DNA of 14,942 nucleotides from Pseudomonadota bacterium (lineage in GTDB: Bacteria; Bdellovibrionota_G; JALEGL01; DATDPG01). The DNA lies in NCBI GenBank assembly GCA_043809315.1, contig JAZDDX010000023.1, positions 1-14,942 of the forward strand. The letters run 5' to 3'. Shown here in pieces: positions 1 through 6,054 of the stretch. Position 1 is the first letter of the stretch. Every line of letters starts with the position of its first letter. The notes below the pieces were generated by a model, which ran no database searches, was not told where the DNA came from, and saw only the letters and a list, made by a program, of their open reading frames with translations. A program made the translations under genes and the position numbers.

Positions 1-117
1 TAGGTTTCTCCTAACTCGTGGTCAGGCTGTTTGGAAACTAGCGTAGCGCGATTGGCGGCAAAAACCAGGGGAGTTCGACCCGGGGTGGAGTGAGCCAAGA
101 TGGCCCGCGATTTTGGA

Positions 118-136
118 AATTGGCGGGGCGGACGGG
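118..136. repeat. att site (distal copy; displaced 3' fragment of tRNA-Asp)
   Basis: Identical to 9159-9177. The reverse complement is CCCGTCCGCCCCGCCA+ATT, the tRNA 3' end including CCA. Confidence 0.95.
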
Positions 137-253
137 TTAAGAAGTCCGCCTCGTCAACGTGTTGTAGTTGTTTGTATATCATTGAAACCATTAACAATCA
201 CCCGATCAGCTTTGGAAACGAGAAGACTCTGATACCCCTGTTTGGACGTGTCC

Positions 254-272
254 CGCTGGGTAGGCTGAGTAG
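254..272 (+). repeat. Putative integrase arm-type binding sites (tandem CGCTGGGTAG / GGCTGAGTAG)
   Basis: The same motif occurs as a tandem pair at the other end of the element (9090-9109), in the same orientation, so the two pairs would flank the core in attP. Confidence 0.7.
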
Positions 273-310
273 GAGTGTCTTGCCACTATAGCTCGGTTCA
301 TCCAATATGA

Positions 311-338
311 TTGCCTAAGTATACAAATTATGTATACT
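311..338 (+). promoter_or_regulatory. sigma70-type promoter of abiEi-abiEii with overlapping palindromic operator
   Basis: TTGCCT (311-316), 16 bp, TATACT (333-338). A perfect inverted repeat AGTATACA-N5-TGTATACT (318-338) covers the -10. AbiEi antitoxins are known to autorepress through promoter inverted repeats. Confidence 0.75.
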
Positions 339-350
339 GACGGATGCGTA

Positions 351-1148
351 ATGGATAGTCGGGTAAAATCGCTCAGTGCTTTTGTGACCGATCTCCAGGC
401 CAGGGGGCGCTACACGTTTACGCTGAAAGACATTCAGAACCTAAAAGGACGGAATGGCCTCAGCAATAAGATCGCGCTTCAGCGTTTGAAACAACAGGGG
501 CGCATTGTGAGCCCCAGACGGGGCTTTTTTGTCATTGTTCCGGTCGAATACCGATCGACGGGTTCTCCTCCCATTACGTGGTTCGTGGACGATTTGATGC
601 GATATCTTGGCCAACCGTACTATGTGGCGTTGCTGTCGGCCGCTGCCCATCATGGGGCCGGCCACCAGCAACCGATGGTGTTTAAGGTCATGACGGACCG
701 GCCGATCAAACCCTCGAAGAAAGGGAGAATGCGCATCGAATTTCATGGGTCAGGGCAAATCCGAAAAATCCCGTGTGTGGAGGTGCAGACGGAAACGGGA
801 AAGATGAGCATCTCGACACCGGAGGCCACGGCTTTCGATTTGGTCCGATATGCCGCCGTGTCGGGAGGTATTGGCCATGTCGCCACCGTTCTCTCTGAAT
901 TGGGTGAGGTCATTGACGCCCAACGCCTCGGCAAACTTTGCTCGCTGTATGCTCTTCCGGAAGTGCAGCGCCTGGGATTCATTCTGGAGCGGATCGGACG
1001 AAAGAACCTGTCCGACGTTTTGGGGAAGTGGTTCTCGCGACAACGGAAACGTGAAACACCGTTAGTCGTAGAAAAATCGAGGGGCCGGGCTAAGGCCGAC
1101 TCTCGTTGGAAAGTCGTTCCGAACGAAATCCTGGATCTGGACATATGA
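351..1148 (+). CDS. abiEi: Type IV toxin-antitoxin antitoxin, AbiEi family transcriptional regulator
   Basis: N-terminal wHTH-like region (GRYTFT...LQRLKQQGRIVSPRRGFFVIVP) and family motifs YYVALLSAAAHHGAGHQQP and STPEATAFDLV. ATG 351 is preferred because ATG 330 lies inside the promoter. ATGA overlap with the next gene. Confidence 0.88.
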   Translation: MDSRVKSLSAFVTDLQARGRYTFTLKDIQNLKGRNGLSNKIALQRLKQQGRIVSPRRGFFVIVPVEYRSTGSPPITWFVDDLMRYLGQPYYVALLSAAAHHGAGHQQPMVFKVMTDRPIKPSKKGRMRIEFHGSGQIRKIPCVEVQTETGKMSISTPEATAFDLVRYAAVSGGIGHVATVLSELGEVIDAQRLGKLCSLYALPEVQRLGFILERIGRKNLSDVLGKWFSRQRKRETPLVVEKSRGRAKADSRWKVVPNEILDLDI

Positions 1149-1990
1149 TTCCCCGCGCAAACATCACCGAATGGCGGAATTCCGCTCCCTGGCCCTTGGA
1201 TGTTCAGGTGGAACAGGATCTCGTGTTGACGCGTGCGCTGGTCGAGATTTTTCGGAAACGTGTTCCACGGGAGGAGTTGGTTTTTCGAGGTGGTACGGCG
1301 ATCCATAAGCTTTTTCTTCAACCGGCCGCCCGATACTCGGAAGACCTCGATCTGGTCCAGGTCAAGGCCTCACCGATCGGCGCGGTTACCGATGCGATCC
1401 GGGAAGCGCTGGATTCCTGGCTGGGAGTTCCCAAATGGAAAGCGGGGCAGGGGCGCTTTACGCTCTTCTATCGCTTTGAAACGACGGCACAGCCCGTGCA
1501 AAGCATGCGCGTGAAGATTGAAATCAATACGCGAGAGCATTTCGACGTGTTTGGAATCGAGCCCCACAACCTGGCTGTCTCCAACCCTTGGTATTCCGCT
1601 GATGCGGACGTGCCGGTGTACGGTTTGGACGAACTCCTGGGGACAAAATTGCGGGCGCTGTATCAACGAAAGAAGGGGAGAGACCTGTTTGATTTATACG
1701 TCGCGGGTCGGCGTAAGCTCTCTACCCCCGAGCGTGTAATCGAGAGTTTTAACGCCTACATGAGGCACTCGAAGACGAGCGTTTCCCGGGCGGAGTTTGA
1801 AGCGAATCTGGCGGGAAAGCTGAAAGACCCGTTGTTTCGTGAGGACGTACCGCCTTTGCTTGCGGAAGGAACCGACTGGGACATCGAGGAGGCTGCCTCT
1901 TTCGTTTTGAAATCGCTTATATCGCAACTGCCCGGTGAACCGTGGAAGGGGAATAAGCCGACCCGAAGGGCAAAGGTCCAAGCGAAGTAG
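1145..1990 (+). CDS. abiEii: Nucleotidyltransferase toxin, AbiEii/AbiGii family
   Basis: Motifs QVEQDL, FRGGTAIHKLF, RYSEDLDL, KIEINTRE and KLRALYQRKKGRDLFDL. ATG 1145 overlaps the abiEi stop (ATGA). Confidence 0.92.
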   Translation: MIPRANITEWRNSAPWPLDVQVEQDLVLTRALVEIFRKRVPREELVFRGGTAIHKLFLQPAARYSEDLDLVQVKASPIGAVTDAIREALDSWLGVPKWKAGQGRFTLFYRFETTAQPVQSMRVKIEINTREHFDVFGIEPHNLAVSNPWYSADADVPVYGLDELLGTKLRALYQRKKGRDLFDLYVAGRRKLSTPERVIESFNAYMRHSKTSVSRAEFEANLAGKLKDPLFREDVPPLLAEGTDWDIEEAASFVLKSLISQLPGEPWKGNKPTRRAKVQAK

Positions 1991-2010
1991 TTTTCTCGCG
2001 CGACAATCTC

Positions 2011-2060
2011 CTTGCTTTCCGGATATTACGTAGTAATCAATATACAAGAATGTGTGACAC
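2011..2060 (+). promoter_or_regulatory. Conserved promoter/operator block, copy 1 (upstream of the relaxase operon)
   Basis: CTTGCTTTC-N19-AATATACAAGAATGTGTGACAC aligns without gaps to 7492-7541 (34/50 identical; 9/9 and 19/22 in the two blocks). Confidence 0.6.
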
Positions 2061-2064
2061 TGTA

Positions 2065-2317
2065 GAGATGGGTGATCTCCAAGGTCTTGGCCGTTTTGAC
2101 CCTACCCCCTCCACCTCCTTCCTGGAGGTTCACTTTGGGTTCATGACAGGCTTCATTCTTGTTTCACGGGTGGGAACTATTTGGTGAACTTCGGGAAAAA
2201 TCGTAACTATCCGAAGGGACAACCAAAAGGCCGTGTCCCTGAACTTATTTCTTCTCGCTTTTTCCGCCGACCACACTCCCCCTACCATGTAAAAAAATAA
2301 TGGGGGACTGTGGTCGG
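2065..2317. other. Hairpin-rich noncoding region; candidate oriT/origin
   Basis: Inverted repeats at 2065-2079, 2079-2090, 2113-2129, 2189-2216 and 2215-2240, plus a 16-bp stem (2267-2282/2302-2317) with one mismatch, directly upstream of a relaxase-like gene. Confidence 0.45.
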
Positions 2318-3363
2318 TGCAAGAAAGCTCGAAGGTTGAAATGGGGCACGGTGAGGGAGAGTCGGAAGGGTCAGAATCGGTAGAAAAAGGGTTGAAGATG
2401 GATACAGAGAACGAAGAAAGAAAAGAAGAGCCAGGATTGAAAAGAGGGAAGGTCGGTAAAGGGAGGCGGCTGAGTTTATCCGAGAGGGGACGGGAGATCC
2501 TCAAAACCCTGTTTTCGGTCCGGCTGATCGAACGGGATGACCTGTACCGGCTTTGGTACTGGAATCGGACGATGCGTGCTCTCCTCAAGGAAATGCAGGA
2601 GCTGGAGGAACAGGGATTAGCCACCTCTCCCCTGGGTCGCTGCCGGTGTCCTAAGGTCTGGACGTACACGGAAACCGCACGAAGGTGCATTGGTTCCGCC
2701 TGTTTTACGGGATCGATCGCTCACGCAGGAAGCGAATTGGGTCTTCCGACAAGGGCGCATCAATGCTTAATCGCCAAAGCGTTCGTGGAATGGGTGGGAC
2801 GAGGGGAACTGGAGGACCGGCGTAAAAGGCTCAACTCTTTGGTTTGGCAGGATGGGCTCAAGAGGAAGATCCATTACACGGAGGGATATGGGGGTAAATA
2901 CGTCATTCCGGACGTTTGGATTGGAGGATATGACGGAGTACGGGCTTTTTTGGAGGCGGATCGAGGAACCGAATCGATACCCAGGCTTTCGGAGTACTTG
3001 CGGAGTTACTACAGGATGTTCACCCGGGAATATCCCACCGGGTTACGACCAGCCATTATCTATGTTTGCGAGGATTGGAACCGGAAGGAACTGATTGCCG
3101 AAACATTCCAAAAACTTGAAAGCTGGGAGCGGGACCAGTTCGAGTTTTTCGGTGTCTTGCATGTGACCGAATGCGGTCCCGGACTCGATCGGGTCCTGGA
3201 TTGGGATCGGAAGCGGCGAGTTTCTCCGCCAGCTCGAGGGCCTTCCATTCCTACAGAAAAACAAAACCCCCCAAATCCCAAAATCGAGAAAATAGTTCAT
3301 ACACCGTACGGCTGGCTTGCGGATCTTACCCAGCCTCGCACGGAACATAAACGCTCATCTTGA
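2317..3363 (+). CDS. Replication-relaxation (Replic_Relax) family protein; putative relaxase
   Basis: wHTH-like N-terminus (LSERGREILKTLFSVRLIERDDL), a conserved His (AHQCLI) and a PD-(D/E)xK-like core YVIPDVWI...FLEADRGTES. The true start may be ATG 2341 or 2398. Confidence 0.72.
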   Translation: MQESSKVEMGHGEGESEGSESVEKGLKMDTENEERKEEPGLKRGKVGKGRRLSLSERGREILKTLFSVRLIERDDLYRLWYWNRTMRALLKEMQELEEQGLATSPLGRCRCPKVWTYTETARRCIGSACFTGSIAHAGSELGLPTRAHQCLIAKAFVEWVGRGELEDRRKRLNSLVWQDGLKRKIHYTEGYGGKYVIPDVWIGGYDGVRAFLEADRGTESIPRLSEYLRSYYRMFTREYPTGLRPAIIYVCEDWNRKELIAETFQKLESWERDQFEFFGVLHVTECGPGLDRVLDWDRKRRVSPPARGPSIPTEKQNPPNPKIEKIVHTPYGWLADLTQPRTEHKRSS

Positions 3364-3432
3364 TGGGCCGAAGAACAAAAGAAGACGAAAGAGCAAGTAT
3401 CTGTTACAGATTTCCAACGGAAAGGAACGACC

Positions 3433-3639
3433 TTGAACCCATCGAATGCCGTCCCCTGGAAGGGGGAAAAACGAACGAAACAGCTCTGGCTTCCGGTTGA
3501 GCCGACGCTTTATGCCGCGATCCGGGAACGGACCGAGGAGACGGGGTTCTCGACCGTTTCGGACTATGTCCGAACGTTGATTGTCAAAGACATGATCGAA
3601 GGAAAACCCATTGTCGGGGGGAAAGGACGGCGGAAATGA
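3433..3639 (+). CDS. Ribbon-helix-helix (CopG/Arc/MetJ-like) DNA-binding protein
   Basis: Strand-helix-helix pattern KQLWLPVEPTLYAAIRERTEETGFSTVSDYVRTLIVKDM. AAAGGA SD upstream of the TTG start; ATGA coupling to the next gene. Confidence 0.7.
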   Translation: MNPSNAVPWKGEKRTKQLWLPVEPTLYAAIRERTEETGFSTVSDYVRTLIVKDMIEGKPIVGGKGRRK

Positions 3640-3923
3640 AAAAAACCAAAACCTCCGAAAGCGCTCGAAATCCAGCAGGGCGGTTGTTCGCCCTTACCCG
3701 CTACCAGGACAAGGTGATCGCGGATCTCGTCCAGGCAAAAGCGGAAAAAGAAGGGTTAAGCGTGGCTTCGCTTCAGAAAAAGCTCATGTATGAGGCGCTC
3801 CACAAGGACACAGACCTCAGCAAAGCCTTTCAAGGCGCGCTATCGGAAGAAATGAAGAAGAAAGGCGGGCGAGGCGGTATTCTCCAGCGGCTGAGAAATC
3901 TGCGTAAGAAATCTTCCGGTTAG
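3636..3923 (+). CDS. Small basic protein, probable second RHH protein
   Basis: ALTRYQDKVIADLVQAKAEKEGLSVASLQKKLMYEAL fits an RHH helix-G-x-S-helix pattern. Translationally coupled to the upstream gene. Confidence 0.55.
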   Translation: MKKTKTSESARNPAGRLFALTRYQDKVIADLVQAKAEKEGLSVASLQKKLMYEALHKDTDLSKAFQGALSEEMKKKGGRGGILQRLRNLRKKSSG

Positions 3924-4462
3924 TGATTCGGACGATGACCATAATTCGCTGCACGAAAAGACTCCTTGACGAACTTGGTCTGAGGATTTCGGACCTTCCC
4001 GACGAAGGTCCTGTCGAAGGACTTCTTGGAGAATGGTACTGCAACTTGCGGCGATTCGATCGACGCAAGGTTCTCCTGTTTACGCATCCTGATACCCTGT
4101 TTTCTTTCTGGGTCCCTGGCATCAAGAAGGCCGATCTTGAAGATTTTGGAATGCTGTTCTTCACGCATCTTGCGAAAAATCTTGCCCATGAAGGGTTTCC
4201 AGAACCGGTGATCCGCCGGGCAATTGAAACCGATGAAATACGCATCGGAAAGACTTCGAGTCGAAGTGTTCTCGGCTCCATGAACGACTATGCGTACCTC
4301 AGTGAATACATGATTGCCTCGGCAGGCGGCTTGCAGCGGGCCGACATCCTCGAAATCAACAAAAAGCTAAATCGGACTCCGATGAGCGGGATTGGGATGA
4401 ATTTTGCAATCGAAGCCCTGACGAAGCGCCTCCTGGGAGGACCCGCGAAGATCGCCGGGTAG
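3923..4462 (+). CDS. DUF6933-like hypothetical protein
   Basis: IRCTKRLLD...LLGEWYCN...RRKVLLFTHPDTLF...KTSSRSVLGSMND...LNRTPM resembles DUF6933 proteins (recognised from memory). The start may be ATG 3935. Confidence 0.65.
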   Translation: MIRTMTIIRCTKRLLDELGLRISDLPDEGPVEGLLGEWYCNLRRFDRRKVLLFTHPDTLFSFWVPGIKKADLEDFGMLFFTHLAKNLAHEGFPEPVIRRAIETDEIRIGKTSSRSVLGSMNDYAYLSEYMIASAGGLQRADILEINKKLNRTPMSGIGMNFAIEALTKRLLGGPAKIAG

Positions 4463-4583
4463 ATCTGGCATTGATGGTGTGAAGAACAGACTTCATTTGT
4501 CGCGTTTGTCGCATTCGTGGCATATAGGTCCCACTTCGAACTAGCTCCCAAAGAGTTAAGTGGCTGAAACTACTAGGTTACTG

Positions 4584-4600
4584 TTGGCATAGACAATGCT
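4584..4600 (+). promoter_or_regulatory. Candidate sigma54 (-24/-12) promoter of the DGR target gene
   Basis: TTGGCATAGACAATGCT has exact GG-N10-GC spacing and is close to the YTGGCACG-N4-TTGCW consensus. An alternative extended -10, TGGTATAAC, lies at 4611-4619. Confidence 0.55.
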
Positions 4601-4647
4601 AATAAAGGGATGGTATAACGCGCAGCGCCTTAACAGGGAGAAGAAAA

Positions 4648-5262
4648 ATGTGGGTTAAACGAATCTTTGTTTTTTCAATGGTTTTGGGTCTCGGCATCGG
4701 TTGGGCTTATGCCGGTTCCATCGACCGCACAAAAAAGCTGTGTGGGTTGGTTGGAATGGATGATGAACGAATCAACGACTGTTCTCAAAAAAACGAAGAA
4801 GAGGATGCGACTCGAATTGGGAAATCGAAGTTTCGTTGGAAGTTATTGACCCGCACGATTTCAAAATCGGGTGACGTTTTGTCCTTCTATAAAGACAAGG
4901 CGAGCGGAAAGGTCTGGACCGATCCGCTCAGTATGGATTCAAAGGATGACAAAACCTGGGAAGATGCAAAGAAGGCTTGTTCGACGTACCACCCCGATCA
5001 TTCCAAAACTGGAACCACGATGGGCGACGGTTTTCCCCGCACAGCCTTCGAATTGCCATCTGCGGAGGATTATAAACTCGCGGAAGACCATGGGATTCGT
5101 GATGCGCTGGAAGATACGATGAAAGATCAAGAGGGTGATTCCAGATGGTGGTGGACCTCTTCGCCCTACGTCGATCTCGCGGAGCACTTCCGTGGCTCCC
5201 ATGGCGGCATCAGCCCCTACCCCCGTGCGTATCCATATGCCGTTCGTTGCGCCGCGCGCTAG
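4648..5262 (+). CDS. DGR target protein: exported DUF1566/Lcl-like (C-type lectin fold) protein with C-terminal VR
   Basis: Signal peptide MWVKRIFVFSMVLGLGIGWAYA. Motifs DKASGKVW, TWEDAKKAC, LPSAED, WWTSS and a terminal AVRC. The last ~35 codons align with the TR. GGGAG SD upstream. Confidence 0.9.
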   Translation: MWVKRIFVFSMVLGLGIGWAYAGSIDRTKKLCGLVGMDDERINDCSQKNEEEDATRIGKSKFRWKLLTRTISKSGDVLSFYKDKASGKVWTDPLSMDSKDDKTWEDAKKACSTYHPDHSKTGTTMGDGFPRTAFELPSAEDYKLAEDHGIRDALEDTMKDQEGDSRWWWTSSPYVDLAEHFRGSHGGISPYPRAYPYAVRCAAR

Positions 5263-5269
5263 GCGTGGG
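5157..5269 (+). repeat. DGR variable repeat (VR)
   Basis: Ungapped 113-bp alignment to 5888-6000 with 23 mismatches, 19 of them at TR adenines. G/C-only tract GCGCCGCGCGC (5249-5259) near the 3' end. Confidence 0.96.
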
Positions 5270-5297
5270 GTAGTAGTCATTTGAAGATTGGATGATT

Positions 5298-5317
5298 GTC
5301 GGGCCGAATGGCCCGAC
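5298..5317 (+). other. DGR target-recognition hairpin/cruciform downstream of VR/IMH
   Basis: Perfect 8-bp GC-rich stem GTCGGGCC-GAAT-GGCCCGAC with a 4-nt loop, 28 bp after VR. It is absent after TR and matches the geometry of the Bordetella phage BPP-1 cruciform. Confidence 0.85.
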
Positions 5318-5338
5318 GAAATCGATGCGAGGCTCCGT

Positions 5339-5716
5339 GTGGCGCGATATCAGCATTTACCGCTCTATCAATTCTGTTACGCGCTCACACGGGAACTCTA
5401 CCGGCTTCGAATCAAACTTCCGAAGACGTTGAAACATGACTTGGGGAGCACGCTCTGCTCGTCCGCTCTCCATTGTTTGAAGCTCATCATTGTGGCGAAC
5501 GGCCAGCCCGACAAAGAACCGGCTCTTCGTTCGTTGCGCCTTGAGATTGAATGTCTGTGGACCTATTCACGGCTTTTATATGATCTCCGAGGCATCAGCG
5601 CCGGAGAATTCAAGGTGCTGTCGGAAAAGCTTTCGGAGGTTGCGTCGCAAGCTCAGGCTTGGCTTCGGTGGGAACGAAAACAAAAGAGCAACATCGTTGA
5701 AAGGAAAACCGAGTAG
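5339..5716 (+). CDS. avd: DGR accessory variability determinant (Avd-like four-helix-bundle protein)
   Basis: (M)ARYQHLPLYQ...LPKTLKHDLG...RLLYDLRGIS...EVASQAQAW fits the Avd/four-helix-bundle pattern, in the usual position between VR and TR. GTG 5339 with a GAGG SD is preferred over TTG 5288, which would run through the cruciform. Confidence 0.88.
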   Translation: MARYQHLPLYQFCYALTRELYRLRIKLPKTLKHDLGSTLCSSALHCLKLIIVANGQPDKEPALRSLRLEIECLWTYSRLLYDLRGISAGEFKVLSEKLSEVASQAQAWLRWERKQKSNIVERKTE

Positions 5717-5887
5717 GTCTATGTTTCCGTCGTTGGCGGCCGGAATTTGAAGGTCTACGGATCTTCAAAGAGTGCTTCTAACGACCCACGGGAGTCCGGC
5801 CTGTTTTTTTTGAACAGGCGAAAAGTCACGAATCCAACATCCCCCGAGCGGGCCTGTTGGAGGGAGTTGAACGGGACGCCATGAATG

Positions 5888-6000
5888 CTCTTCGCCCGAC
5901 GACGATAACGCGGAGAACTTCAATGGCAACAATGGCGACATCAACAACGACAACCGTGATAATCATAATGCCGTTCGTTGCGCCGCGCGCTAGGCGTGGG
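5888..6000 (+). repeat. DGR template repeat (TR), functioning as ncRNA template
   Basis: AAC/AAT-rich copy of VR with 10 AAY codons and 29 adenines in 19 sense codons, all at codon positions 1-2, so no stop codon can arise. Confidence 0.96.
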
Positions 6001-6011
6001 ACGTGCCAACC

Positions 6012-6054
6012 CGAAGGGGGCTACGAAGAAGAAATCGCTTTGTAGTCCCCTTTG
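6012..6054 (+). other. 17-bp RNA hairpin 3' of TR, overlapping the RT stop codon antisense
   Basis: CGAAGGGGGCTACGAAG (6012-6028) pairs with CTTTGTAGTCCCCTTTG (6038-6054): 14 Watson-Crick and 3 G-U pairs on the + strand. Confidence 0.7.

Noticed and set aside
61-100. GGAGTTCGACC resembling a tRNA T-loop
   Set aside because: No cloverleaf or acceptor stem could be built.
100-291. 63-aa ORF across the att site
   Set aside because: It spans the host/element junction and the arm sites, with no recognisable motif.
4495-4521. CRISPR array or iterons
   Set aside because: Only three degenerate 9-mers with no spacers; kept only as a possible regulator-binding site.
5857-6045. 62-aa Thr-rich ORF
   Set aside because: It is an off-frame reading of the AAC-rich TR.
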